A stretch of 64,000 bases of DNA from a virus, in the IMG/VR virus record IMGVR_UViG_3300024346_000039, positions 11,587 to 75,586 of that record. One strand, written 5' to 3'. Positions 29,289 through 38,608 of the stretch are shown here, piece by piece. Each line of letters opens with the position of its first letter. Positions within the stretch are counted from its first letter, which is position 1. The notes under the pieces were generated by a model. The model ran no database searches. It saw nothing but the letters and a program-made list of their open reading frames with translations, and had not been told where the DNA came from. The position numbers and the translations under genes are program-made.

Positions 29289-31091
29289 ATGACAGTTTCA
29301 GTAGATATTGACTCCGCTGGAGAGAATATCCTTATTAACGCTGACTGGCGCTATAAAGAACTCTGTAAGAGCCTTCCAGGGGCCTCCTGGAGCCCTAAAG
29401 AGCAGGTCTGGCGTGCTCCTTTAAGTTGGACAACCTGCCTTGCTTTACGCTCTACATTCCGCGATAACTTAGAGATTCAGCCATCTTTAGCAACTTGGGC
29501 TGGAAGCCTTCTAGAAACCCGTATAAACCCTTCTAACGCCCTTAGAGAGTTAGAGTCATATGAAGGTGACCCTGTTCTATTCCCTCATCAAAGGGCTGGA
29601 GTAGCCTTCCTCAGCACAGCAAGACGAGCACTCTTAGCCGATGAACCAGGGCTTGGAAAGACCGCTCAAGCCATCCGTGCCCTCAAAGAGTTGCACGACA
29701 AAGGCGAAGATATTTTTCCTATTTTAATTGTTTGCCCTAATACCCTTAAGAAGAACTGGGCTCGTGAGTTCAACATCTGGTGGCCAGGGGTAATAACTCA
29801 AGTTATCAAAGGGTCAGCAGTTCAACGCAAAAACCAGTTTGAGGAGCCAGCACAGGTATTCATTATCAACTGGGAGTCCTTGCGCTCTCACTCACGACTA
29901 TCAGGATATGGCTCTATCGCTTTGACTCGTTGCAAGGCTTGTGGCGGTCAAGATGAAAAGACAACAGAGGCGCGTTGTGAAGTTCACTTGCGAGAGTTAA
30001 ATGGAATTGATTTTAAGGCTGTAATTGCTGACGAGATTCACCGCTCTAAAGACCCTAAGTCAAAACAAAGTCGTGCTCTTTGGGCTGCTACAGGAGATGC
30101 TGATATTCGTTTTGCACTTACTGGAACGCCTATTGCTAACAATGTTGTTGATTTGTGGGCAATCCTTCACTGGCTTTCACCAAAAGACTGGCCTTCAAAG
30201 ACAAAGTGGATTGACCGAATGGTTGACACGATGCTCAACGCCTTTGGCGGAATGATGGTTCTTGGAGTTAAAGCACATATGCAAGATGAGTTCTATAAGA
30301 GTGTTAATCCTTATATGCGTCGTATGTTGAAAAAAGTTGTGCTTCCACATCTGCCACCAGTTCTTACTGAACGCAGAGATGTTGAGATGTCTACAAAACA
30401 AAAAAAGGCATACGAGCAGATGCGTGACCTAATGATTGCTGAACTTGGCGATGAAGGTGATGTTGTTACTGCACCCAGCGTTTTGACACAGACAATTAGA
30501 TTGTTGCAGTTTGCTAGTTCATACGCTACTTTAGAAGTGGACGAAACAACTGGAGAGCAAAAGACTATCCTAAACGCTCCTTCTTGCAAGATTGATGCGT
30601 TGATGGAAGACATTGAAAACGGAGATTTTGGAGACGACTCTGTTGCTGTTTCGGCTGTATCTAAACAACTTATCAATCTTCTTAGTGCAGAACTTACAAA
30701 GAAGAAGATTGCTCACGGGCTGATTACTGGCGACCAAGATGAAGATGAGCGTCAGCAAGCAGTTGACGATTTCCAAGCAGGAAAGATTAAGTGGATTCTG
30801 TTTACAGCACAGGCAGGTGGTGTTGGTATTACCTTGACTGCTGCTCGTAGATTGATTATGCTTCAACGACCTTGGTCTCTTGTTGATTACAAACAAGTTC
30901 TTGATAGAGTCCATCGTATTGGCAGTGAAGTGCATGACTCAATCGTCATTACTGACTATGTCACAGACGGAACAATCGAGGAGCGAGTTATTCAAGTTCT
31001 TGAAACTAAAGCCGACAACTTTGAGCAAATTGTTAGGGATAAAAACCAACTGCTCAAACTTCTACAAGATGATAAGGCAGGGAAACTATGA
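29289..31091 (+). CDS. SNF2-family (SF2) helicase
   Basis: AGGAG RBS before ATG 29289. LADEPGLGKT, DEIH, LTGTP, GVGITLT and Q..DRVHRIG motifs. Confidence 0.92.
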   Translation: MTVSVDIDSAGENILINADWRYKELCKSLPGASWSPKEQVWRAPLSWTTCLALRSTFRDNLEIQPSLATWAGSLLETRINPSNALRELESYEGDPVLFPHQRAGVAFLSTARRALLADEPGLGKTAQAIRALKELHDKGEDIFPILIVCPNTLKKNWAREFNIWWPGVITQVIKGSAVQRKNQFEEPAQVFIINWESLRSHSRLSGYGSIALTRCKACGGQDEKTTEARCEVHLRELNGIDFKAVIADEIHRSKDPKSKQSRALWAATGDADIRFALTGTPIANNVVDLWAILHWLSPKDWPSKTKWIDRMVDTMLNAFGGMMVLGVKAHMQDEFYKSVNPYMRRMLKKVVLPHLPPVLTERRDVEMSTKQKKAYEQMRDLMIAELGDEGDVVTAPSVLTQTIRLLQFASSYATLEVDETTGEQKTILNAPSCKIDALMEDIENGDFGDDSVAVSAVSKQLINLLSAELTKKKIAHGLITGDQDEDERQQAVDDFQAGKIKWILFTAQAGGVGITLTAARRLIMLQRPWSLVDYKQVLDRVHRIGSEVHDSIVITDYVTDGTIEERVIQVLETKADNFEQIVRDKNQLLKLLQDDKAGKL

Positions 31092-32017
31092 GTGGAATCG
31101 TAAGACTTTCAAACTCAGAACTACAAACATTTAAAGATTGTCGCCGTCGTTGGTGGCTTACTTACTATCGTCGTCTGCGCCCTAAACAACAAGATATGAC
31201 TGGTGCGCTAGCACTCGGTAGTCGCATCCACCAAGCGCTAGATGACCACTATGCAAAAGGTGTTCCACTACTTAAAGCGCACTCGGACCTAGTCGAGATT
31301 GATAAACAACTTCTTCTTGCAGACTTTCGTGATGTTGCAAACCTAGAAACTGAAGCCGAACTTGGTCGCATCATGCTTGAAGGATACGAAGAGTGGGTTG
31401 CAGAGAACGGCATTGACGCTGAACTAGAAATGATTTCAACAGAAGAAACAATTGTTGCCCCGCTATTTAATGGTGAAGTAGAACTTCAAGGCAAGTTGGA
31501 TATGCGTGTTCGTCGCAAGGCTGACGGTGTGCGTATGTTCCGTGACTTTAAGACTGTTGGAGGCTCTCTTGCAGAGTTTTCTAATATGGCTCATATGAAC
31601 GAGCAGGTTATGACTTATATGCTTCTTGAATCAACTAAAGTTGACGAGAAAGAGCGTAGCGATGGTGGAATCTTTACACTACTAAAAAAGGTTCGTCGCA
31701 CTGCTGCTGCAAAGCCACCATTTTATGACCAAGTAGAAATTAGACACAACATCTTTACTATGCGTTCTTTCTGGAATAGAATCCACGGAACGATTGCAGA
31801 TTTAATGAGAGTTCGCACAGGACTAGATGCTGGTGAAGACCACGCATTTCTTGCTTATCCAAAAGCAAGTCGTGACTGCAAATGGAAATGCCAATTTTTC
31901 GCTATATGCCCAATGTTTGACGACGGAAGCGCCGCTGAACAAGCACTTAGCGAAATGTATGAGGAAACAGACCCTTATGCATATTACGGAACAAACGAAA
32001 CAAAAGGAAGCGAGTGA
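31088..32017 (+). CDS. Cas4/RecB-like PD-(D/E)xK exonuclease with Fe-S cysteine staple
   Basis: SNSEL.TF..C.RRW, GSRIH, GKLD...DFKT, Q..TY, C-terminal CKWKC...C. Confidence 0.88.
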   Translation: MSGIVRLSNSELQTFKDCRRRWWLTYYRRLRPKQQDMTGALALGSRIHQALDDHYAKGVPLLKAHSDLVEIDKQLLLADFRDVANLETEAELGRIMLEGYEEWVAENGIDAELEMISTEETIVAPLFNGEVELQGKLDMRVRRKADGVRMFRDFKTVGGSLAEFSNMAHMNEQVMTYMLLESTKVDEKERSDGGIFTLLKKVRRTAAAKPPFYDQVEIRHNIFTMRSFWNRIHGTIADLMRVRTGLDAGEDHAFLAYPKASRDCKWKCQFFAICPMFDDGSAAEQALSEMYEETDPYAYYGTNETKGSE

Positions 32018-32787
32018 CATATATGAGCGAAATTCAACGCTCTTTGACGGTTATGGTTTATGGGGAATCAAAGGTTGGTAAGTCATCCTTTGCTGTAACT
32101 GCACCATACCCACGACTCATGCTTGACGTTGAGGGTGGACACCGCTTCCTCCCTATCGTTGTCAAGTATTGGGACCCTCTGCGAGAGGAACCACCTATTG
32201 CAGATGGAACTTGGGATACTTGTGTAGTCACAGTTCGTGATTACGACACGGTCATTAAGACTTATCAATGGCTACAACTTGGTCGCCATCACTTCAAGAG
32301 TTTGATTATTGACTCAATCTCTGAACTACAAGTGAAGTGTATGGACAGCATCGCAGGTAACGAACAAATGAAGATGCAACAGTGGGGCGAATTACTTCGT
32401 CACATGGGCGGTCTTCTACGCGACTTGCGTGACTTAACAATGCACGCTACAAACCCTCTTGAGGCTGTTGTTCTTACAGCAATGTCTAGAACAGCACAGG
32501 ATGGTCGTCATAAGCCATATTTGCAGGGACAACTTGCAATTCAGGCTCCATATTTTTATGACATTCTCGGCGCACTGACAGTGGAGACGGTTCCAAACCC
32601 AGACCCAATGCAGGGGCCATACAAAGTTCGTCGTATGTATGTCGAACGAACAAATGAATACGAAGCAGGAGAGCGTGTTCAGGGTCGTCTTGGTTCAATT
32701 GTTGAACAAGATAAACTCTCCATCGAGGTTATGCTTAACACTATTTTTGGTGAGAAGCAGACAACAGAAAAAACAACTAAGGAATAG
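32014..32787 (+). CDS. AAA_24 / Sak4-like recombination ATPase
   Basis: Walker A YGESKVGKS, DVEGG, Walker B IIDSISE. Alternative start is ATG 32023. Confidence 0.85.
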   Translation: MTYMSEIQRSLTVMVYGESKVGKSSFAVTAPYPRLMLDVEGGHRFLPIVVKYWDPLREEPPIADGTWDTCVVTVRDYDTVIKTYQWLQLGRHHFKSLIIDSISELQVKCMDSIAGNEQMKMQQWGELLRHMGGLLRDLRDLTMHATNPLEAVVLTAMSRTAQDGRHKPYLQGQLAIQAPYFYDILGALTVETVPNPDPMQGPYKVRRMYVERTNEYEAGERVQGRLGSIVEQDKLSIEVMLNTIFGEKQTTEKTTKE

Positions 32788-32793
32788 GAAGCC

Positions 32794-33324
32794 ATGAGTA
32801 CACTAAATTGGGCGGACTTGGTCCGCGATGCTGGTGAGTCAAGCAGTTATGAACCGCTACCAGACGGCGATTACGACGTCGTTGTAGTTGAAGCAACTGC
32901 AAAAGTTACACAGAGTGGAAAGACTATGTTCTCTGTGAAAACACAGGTCGAAGGTGGGCCACACAATAAGCGCCTTGTTTGGGATAACTTAGTGGTTTCC
33001 CCTGAAAACAATGCAGCAATGGGTATCTTCTTTAAGAAGATGCACGCACTAGGAATCCCTCGTGATTTCTTCTTGCAATCTCCGTCAAACGCTCAGATTG
33101 AGCAAGCCATTAATGGTCGTCGTTTCCGAGCACAGGTCGGAACTCGCACATGGAATGGCACAAAGAAGAACGAAATCAAGAACTACTACCCAGTAGTTTC
33201 TGGTCAGGCACCAGCAGCAACGCCAACAATGGCAGCACCTGCACCTGCACCTGCTCCAGCGCCAGCACCTGCTCCAGCGCCAGCACCTGCCGCAGCCACA
33301 CAGGCTCCAGCAGCACCGTTCTAA
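32794..33324 (+). CDS. DUF669-like single-stranded DNA-binding protein
   Basis: YEPLPDGDY.V.V motif, Ala/Pro-rich tail ending in PF, located after the Sak4-like gene. Confidence 0.8.
   Translation: MSTLNWADLVRDAGESSSYEPLPDGDYDVVVVEATAKVTQSGKTMFSVKTQVEGGPHNKRLVWDNLVVSPENNAAMGIFFKKMHALGIPRDFFLQSPSNAQIEQAINGRRFRAQVGTRTWNGTKKNEIKNYYPVVSGQAPAATPTMAAPAPAPAPAPAPAPAPAPAAATQAPAAPF
33232..33292 (+). repeat. Coding AP dipeptide repeat in the SSB tail
   Basis: gcacct/gctcca/gcgcca repeats encoding APAPAPAP. Confidence 0.8.
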
Positions 33325-33330
33325 TAAAGA

Positions 33331-33373
33331 TGCTAGGAACCGCCCAACGTTTATCGTTGGGTGGTTCTTGGCA
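33331..33373 (+). terminator. 19-bp RNA hairpin after SSB (U-tract-less terminator or processing site)
   Basis: TGCTAGGAACCGCCCAACG / CGTTGGGTGGTTCTTGGCA pair fully with three G-U pairs on the + strand. Confidence 0.6.
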
Positions 33374-33390
33374 ATTAGGAAAGAGGATTA

Positions 33391-34416
33391 ATGAAAGTTT
33401 TTATGACAGGCTGCACATCTCCACAAGCCTCTAAAACTGCAAGCGAGAGTCTTCCTTCTTTTGCTGGAATTGTTTATCTTGCTTTAACTCAATCTGGATG
33501 TGACGTAACTTGGTCAGACCCATCAATTAAGATGGATAAGGATTACTTATCTCAATTTGATGCGGTGCTTGTAGGTATGTCTTCCCCGATGGGACTAACT
33601 TCTCATAGGCTTTACGGTGCATTATCCGTAGTAAACATTGCCTACGAACTTGGAACTTTATCTTTATTTGTTGATGCACCAGAGCCGCACAAAGTGTGGA
33701 ATGGTCTTAGAGGTGTATATAAAAACCCTAAAGACCTTGTAAAAGATTTTTACATTAAGCGTAAAGAGTTTAATGACACGCTTGAACCAGCAAACTTTGA
33801 AAAAGTATTTGCTGGACTTTCAAAACTTTACACAGAGATTTGGCCTAAAACTATAATTCCTGGCTATCCTTGGACAAAGCCAGAATCTATTATCAAATAT
33901 ATTCCTAATGTTGACCCTAATAATGTATTTGCTTTAGTCCCAGACTCAGCGCTGCTTAACATTGAAAGAGGCTCTAGAGGGATTGCTGAAGGCGGATACT
34001 GGTGCATTGATGACCCTAAGACAGACTGGTTTAAGAAAACAGAGAAGCATTTAACCCATAAGACTATGCAATACCGTGATGGTAGAACTGAAACCAATCA
34101 AGATATTCTAGTAAAACTAAATAATGCAACTGGTGCTCTTATTTCGACATACCGTGATGGTGCTTCGTGGTGGCTGCCAAGCCTTGCTCAAGCGCTGTTT
34201 GTTGGCGTTCCTGTAGTTACTGACTGGAGACTCACTGTCGGTATGGGACCAGAGTGGGGAGTTCTTCCTTTTGCTATTGAAGAGATGTCTAGAGAAGAAC
34301 GATTAGTTCACGCTAATACTCAAAAAGAATCATATAAAAATAATATTCCAACCTGGGAAACATTTAAAAATTCTGTGGTTGAAACATTGTTTGAAAAAGA
34401 CTACGCTACTAACTAA
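33391..34416 (+). CDS. Putative GT-B fold glycosyltransferase-like protein (possible DNA modification)
   Basis: MKV.MTG N-terminal strand, FDAVLVG, and C-terminal WW...LAQAL..GVPVVTDW resembling the GT-B C-domain. Located in the replication module. Confidence 0.45.
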   Translation: MKVFMTGCTSPQASKTASESLPSFAGIVYLALTQSGCDVTWSDPSIKMDKDYLSQFDAVLVGMSSPMGLTSHRLYGALSVVNIAYELGTLSLFVDAPEPHKVWNGLRGVYKNPKDLVKDFYIKRKEFNDTLEPANFEKVFAGLSKLYTEIWPKTIIPGYPWTKPESIIKYIPNVDPNNVFALVPDSALLNIERGSRGIAEGGYWCIDDPKTDWFKKTEKHLTHKTMQYRDGRTETNQDILVKLNNATGALISTYRDGASWWLPSLAQALFVGVPVVTDWRLTVGMGPEWGVLPFAIEEMSREERLVHANTQKESYKNNIPTWETFKNSVVETLFEKDYATN

Positions 34417-34435
34417 GCAGATATAGGAGACGAAC

Positions 34436-34855
34436 ATGGCTGAAGTAGACAATGATTGGGTGAGAAGTCAACTCACCGAGAATAAAACAAAAAAAGTTGT
34501 TGGAGATTCGGTTTTAAAACTTCTTGCTACTTGGGAACAATTAAAACAACCAACAGATAAAAATGCTAAAGACATTATTAACATTTTTAGTAAGTTGGCT
34601 TTGGGTCACTCAATAGTGGAAGATAATCCTAATGAAAAATGGATTGTTGCTCAGGCTGGATATATTAAAGTAGCAGACACTGTTCGAGTCCGTAGCAATG
34701 CTTTTGACGGAGAACAAGGTAAGGCATACAACGGACGTAGAGGACGAGTTGTCGGCGTTCGTTATGGAGATGTTATTGTTAAGACAGATGATGGCAAGAC
34801 TCCAGTGCTAGATGGAATCCACTTTAAACCAGAAAACTTGGAAAAGTTGGTATAA
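34436..34855 (+). CDS. Hypothetical protein with C-terminal SH3/KOW-like domain
   Basis: AGGAG RBS. IKVADTVRV...NGRRGRVVGVRYGDVIV. Confidence 0.7.
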   Translation: MAEVDNDWVRSQLTENKTKKVVGDSVLKLLATWEQLKQPTDKNAKDIINIFSKLALGHSIVEDNPNEKWIVAQAGYIKVADTVRVRSNAFDGEQGKAYNGRRGRVVGVRYGDVIVKTDDGKTPVLDGIHFKPENLEKLV

Positions 34856-34857
34856 CA

Positions 34858-35058
34858 ATGCCAACAACTACATATAAGTTTTCTGTAAACGCTAAGAACC
34901 ATAACGAGATTGTCAGTATTGCTGAGGAAAAAATTAATGCATACACTGGCCCAACAACGTCTCATAATCTAACCTACGAGATTATTGTAGAAGATGGCAC
35001 AGACAACAAGACATACACTGCTCAAGTCATAGCGAGGATTAAAGATGAATACAGATAA
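34858..35058 (+). CDS. Hypothetical protein (66 aa)
   Basis: Fills the gap in the operon with tight spacing. Confidence 0.6.
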   Translation: MPTTTYKFSVNAKNHNEIVSIAEEKINAYTGPTTSHNLTYEIIVEDGTDNKTYTAQVIARIKDEYR

Positions 35059-35368
35059 TGAGACAACTCAACAAAACCCTCTTCGTGTCGAAGCGTTAAG
35101 AGAAGCAGCAAAAATTATTTCTGGTGATAGAAACAAACAATATGGCTCTCCTGAAGATAACTTTGAAAGAACTGCTCAGATTTGGTCAGTGATTTTAGGT
35201 GTGCCAATTAGTAATGAAGATGTGGCAATGATGATGGTTGGGCTTAAGGTGGCACGCTATGCCTCTAAATCTGGCTATCAGCCTGACACATGGATTGATA
35301 TTGCGGGATATGCAGGATGCGGGTATGAGGTGGGCTCGCTAGAACATAATAAAAAATCCAACAACTAA
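35045..35368 (+). CDS. DUF6378-like protein (all-alpha, nucleotide pyrophosphatase-related)
   Basis: L.EA..II.GDR..QYG.PEDNF..TA..WS, VAMMM..LKVAR and D.W.DIAGYA motifs. Confidence 0.8.
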   Translation: MNTDNETTQQNPLRVEALREAAKIISGDRNKQYGSPEDNFERTAQIWSVILGVPISNEDVAMMMVGLKVARYASKSGYQPDTWIDIAGYAGCGYEVGSLEHNKKSNN

Positions 35369-35387
35369 CTTTTAAGAAAGGTTTCCC

Positions 35388-35651
35388 GTGTCCCGCAAAC
35401 CTTGGGAATTTGAAAATCCAACCTGTGCAGAAGTTGGACTTGACGTTTTTTATATACAAGATATAGATGAAGACCCAGAAACATCTTCTTATGACCACAA
35501 AGAAGCAAGGAAACTTTGCTCCTCTTGTGTTTATAAGACAGAGTGTGCTGAATGGGGAATTATGCACGAAGCATTTGGAATATGGGGTGGTCTTACCCCC
35601 AGAGAAAGAGTTCAAATAAGACGGGCTAGGCACATCAATATCTCTCTATAG
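35388..35651 (+). CDS. whiB: WhiB family Fe-S transcription factor
   Basis: Four Cys (C...CSSC.....C) and GIWGGLTPRER turn motif. Confidence 0.92.
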   Translation: MSRKPWEFENPTCAEVGLDVFYIQDIDEDPETSSYDHKEARKLCSSCVYKTECAEWGIMHEAFGIWGGLTPRERVQIRRARHINISL

Positions 35652-35710
35652 GATACAAAATAGAGATAGAATTATGCTGTAAACCATACCTCTAGAAAGA
35701 GAGGTTTGAA

Positions 35711-36004
35711 ATGGCAGCAGAGCCTGTACTAAGTCCTATGGCTGTGTGCGAAATATGCTGGCTTCAAGATAACGCTAACTGGGAACCACAGAGCGTTAAC
35801 GAAGAAGGCAACATTATGATGCGCCTTGTCGGGGTAAAAACCCCTGAAATTTTTGAGCCAGGAAATGTTGATGTCTGCTGTATGTGTGGTGCTATAACTA
35901 TTGCAGGGATATACGAACTTAAAGACCCACAAAAAGTTTACTTTCTTACTGACGACTCAGCCAAGGATTTTGAATACGAATTTGATACCATAGACGACGA
36001 GTAG
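35711..36004 (+). CDS. Hypothetical Zn-binding protein
   Basis: CEIC and CCMC motifs, acidic tail, GAGAGG RBS. Confidence 0.65.
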   Translation: MAAEPVLSPMAVCEICWLQDNANWEPQSVNEEGNIMMRLVGVKTPEIFEPGNVDVCCMCGAITIAGIYELKDPQKVYFLTDDSAKDFEYEFDTIDDE

Positions 36005-36019
36005 ATTCGGAGTCTGGTA

Positions 36020-36358
36020 ATGGCAAAAGACACACGACACGGGGAGCACCTGTGGTCTGAGTGGTCAGGTTGTGGGTTGTCTCAGGAAAGAAGCGATTCC
36101 CTTATTTACTTCACTATTGACCACATTGACGTTGAGCATGAACTCATTAGGAAAGCATTAGCCTCCACAATTCAAAGAGATGGAATTGTTGATTCTTTAG
36201 GAGATGCCTTTAAGCGACTTGAACTTTCAAAAGTTGTTTGTGGTTGGATAGGGACATTTGAAGAAGATACCGACCTCTACGCTTGTGATGAGACTGGCGA
36301 AACTGAATATGGTGATATAGTTCAAGATATTCAACCTATTACTTGGGTAGAAATTTAA
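36020..36358 (+). CDS. Hypothetical acidic protein
   Basis: GGAG RBS; operon position. Confidence 0.65.
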   Translation: MAKDTRHGEHLWSEWSGCGLSQERSDSLIYFTIDHIDVEHELIRKALASTIQRDGIVDSLGDAFKRLELSKVVCGWIGTFEEDTDLYACDETGETEYGDIVQDIQPITWVEI

Positions 36359-36418
36359 TAAAATTAGTTTGCTTTAGTTACATAATTTTTAATATGTTTA
36401 GTGTATTATTATTGCATT

Positions 36419-36940
36419 ATGTGGAAGCCAGCAAATAGCCTTGAATGGCAAAGAGAAGCAGTATGTGCACTACCTAAAAATAGGGAGTATATTGACTGGT
36501 TTTTTTCAAAGGACTTCTCAGAAAAATATGCGGCAAAGAATATGTGTTTTACCTGCCCTGTCCGCAAACAATGTCTTCAGTGGGCTTTAGAGCACCGTCA
36601 AATCTGGGGCGTATGGGGCGGAAAAGACGAAGTAGAAATTCGTAGAGCGCTATCTGTATCTTACTTAGGTGAAGAAACACGCAGACGTCGCTACCCAAAC
36701 TGCCCTCATTGCACCGCACGTCCAGGCAAACTAGAAGTGTCTATTGAACAACTTTCCACAACTGGGCGTTGGACTACAGCAAAGATTGTAACTTGCACGG
36801 AGTGTGGCTTTGCTTGGCGTAGCCGAACAAGCGCGAATGCGGTAGAGGCTTATAAGTTAGAGCGTGAAGATAAACTTGCTAAGCAACTAAAAGAAAAAGA
36901 AAAACTACAAAAGAAAAGCAAGCGAGTTAAGAAATCTTAA
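36419..36940 (+). CDS. whiB: WhiB family protein fused to a C-terminal zinc ribbon and basic tail
   Basis: W...A.C...CFTCPV...C, WGVWGG, then CPHC...CTEC and a Lys-rich end. ATG 36419 lies 6 nt after TATTAT (likely leaderless). Confidence 0.85.
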   Translation: MWKPANSLEWQREAVCALPKNREYIDWFFSKDFSEKYAAKNMCFTCPVRKQCLQWALEHRQIWGVWGGKDEVEIRRALSVSYLGEETRRRRYPNCPHCTARPGKLEVSIEQLSTTGRWTTAKIVTCTECGFAWRSRTSANAVEAYKLEREDKLAKQLKEKEKLQKKSKRVKKS

Positions 36941-37511
36941 CTAACCAAACTTGTAGTCCTATCTCCAATACCTTAAAACGATTAGAGTAACAAAGCATTA
37001 TCGCATCAACTGCTGGTCTTGGTCGGTATGCTGGACCTTTTCCTGCATCCCACTGGTAATCATCAAATGCCAAAATACCACCTACTTTAAGAGCCTCTAC
37101 AGCATTCATACCATCTTTTAATACGGGAACTGCTTCATGGTCTCCATCTATATAAATAAAGTCATATAAAGTTTCTGGGTCTTTTGATGCAAAAAACTCG
37201 TCGCTAGTCATTTTCTTTTTGATAAGACGGCCTGCTTCGACATACTGGTTTGTTTGTGCGTCATAGGCTTGCTCTACTTCATTCCAATTAAGAGCATCGT
37301 GAGCAACTTCATTAGAGCCTCCCCAGGTGTCTACATCAGTTAACGTAGATTTTGGATGAAACAGTATGTTTTCCATAAGCCATGAAGAAGCATCACCTTT
37401 ATACGCCCCTACCTGTAAACAATGCATTTCTTCTGTTCTTTTTGATGACAAGTGTCGCTCAAAGATTTCAGGTGCACCTACTGCTAAAAACCAATTAGGT
37501 AGTTCAGTCAT
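36927..37511 (-). CDS. Class I SAM-dependent methyltransferase (Methyltransf_24-like, probable sugar O-methyltransferase)
   Basis: LQVGAYKG.S, VDTW, YDFIYIDGDH and LKVGGILAFDDY motifs. Confidence 0.85.
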   Translation of the reverse strand: MTELPNWFLAVGAPEIFERHLSSKRTEEMHCLQVGAYKGDASSWLMENILFHPKSTLTDVDTWGGSNEVAHDALNWNEVEQAYDAQTNQYVEAGRLIKKKMTSDEFFASKDPETLYDFIYIDGDHEAVPVLKDGMNAVEALKVGGILAFDDYQWDAGKGPAYRPRPAVDAIMLCYSNRFKVLEIGLQVWLVKIS

Positions 37512-38592
37512 TGTTTGCCTCTTTCATCGCTTGTTCGCAAAACTCTAAGTTTTTAAGAAGTCTTTCCATCTCGTTTGGAAGTGCCATTTTCACAGCGTCC
37601 TGTGCGTGAGTTACTGCTTCAGCATACTTGCCTAGTCTGTAGCAAGCAATTGCAGCAAAGTCGTGTGGTAAATAGCCCCAAGCGTCTGCTTCGCAAAGAT
37701 ACTCTTGTGGGCGTTGTTTAATTGCCAATGCGGCCATAGCGTTGTCGTAGCACTGCTCCCATTTAGAGGTGTTGTAATAGTGCTTAGCCAACTCTACATA
37801 CGGCTCACGGCGTCCTGGAGCCTCTTTAATCGCCATATTAAACCAATGCTCGCACTCATCTGGGTTCATAATTCCGATATATCGCATAGATGCGGCTCGT
37901 TCCATATCCCAGGTAGCGGTAGGCATCTCAAGGTGCTTCTTAAAATATTTTGTTGCTTCCTCATATTGACGATAGAAGTAGCATTCTCGTGCATAGTAAA
38001 AAGTATTTCTATCATCATATGGGTCTTCATCAATAGAAAGTTTTAGTAAATCCAAATACTGGGCTCTTGACTTAGTATTATCAGCGTGATGTTCCATCAC
38101 AGCGTTTGTGTGATATTGAATTTCTTGAATGCGGTCAGGCACTAAAATTTCGTGGACAGGGTTCTTCCAACGATATCCGTGTCGAGCATGAAATTTATCT
38201 CCCTTAAAAGTTGTCCCGGGAGTGCCATCTTCATTAAAGTTCCATACATAGTCGTACCGTGGACGTGTGGCATGGTTATCAAAGGCTTTTTGTAGTTCGT
38301 CTTTCCACCCTGGGAGCATAATTTCATCCATATCCAATGGAAGACAGTAGTCAATATCTGTCGGGACAAGAGCAAGCGATGCATTCCTTCCCACATCAAA
38401 ACGCCAAGGTCTAACAGTAATAGATACCACATTGATACCTAAAGACTTTGCAATCTCGATTGTGCGGTCAGTAGAGCCTGTGTCGGCAATTAATAGATAA
38501 TCAGCGTCATCTTTTACTGAGTTATACCAGCGTTCGACGTGCTTCTCTTCATTAAGGGCAATTGTGTATACAGCAACTTTTACTTTAGCCAT
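37504..38592 (-). CDS. GT2 glycosyltransferase with C-terminal TPR repeats
   Basis: VYTIALNEE, DTGSTD.T, WRFD.GRN.SL, LDMDE (DxD), W..PVHE, then a TPR-like helical region. Confidence 0.88.
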   Translation of the reverse strand: MAKVKVAVYTIALNEEKHVERWYNSVKDDADYLLIADTGSTDRTIEIAKSLGINVVSITVRPWRFDVGRNASLALVPTDIDYCLPLDMDEIMLPGWKDELQKAFDNHATRPRYDYVWNFNEDGTPGTTFKGDKFHARHGYRWKNPVHEILVPDRIQEIQYHTNAVMEHHADNTKSRAQYLDLLKLSIDEDPYDDRNTFYYARECYFYRQYEEATKYFKKHLEMPTATWDMERAASMRYIGIMNPDECEHWFNMAIKEAPGRREPYVELAKHYYNTSKWEQCYDNAMAALAIKQRPQEYLCEADAWGYLPHDFAAIACYRLGKYAEAVTHAQDAVKMALPNEMERLLKNLEFCEQAMKEANND

Positions 38593-38607
38593 ATGGGTAG
38601 TCTACCC
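38593..38607 (-). promoter_or_regulatory. Leaderless -10 promoter embedded in a 13-bp palindrome
   Basis: Minus strand reads GGGG-TAGACT-ACCCAT-ATG. GGGTAG-N-CTACCC palindrome at 38595-38607. No SD. Confidence 0.55.
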
Positions 38608-38608
38608 C

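Noticed and set aside
31088-32017. Cas4 as evidence of a CRISPR-Cas system
   Set aside because: No cas1/cas2 or array; it sits in a standard phage recombination module.
35688-35705. ACCTCT/AGAGGT hairpin over the RBS of 35711
   Set aside because: Only 6 bp; could easily be chance.
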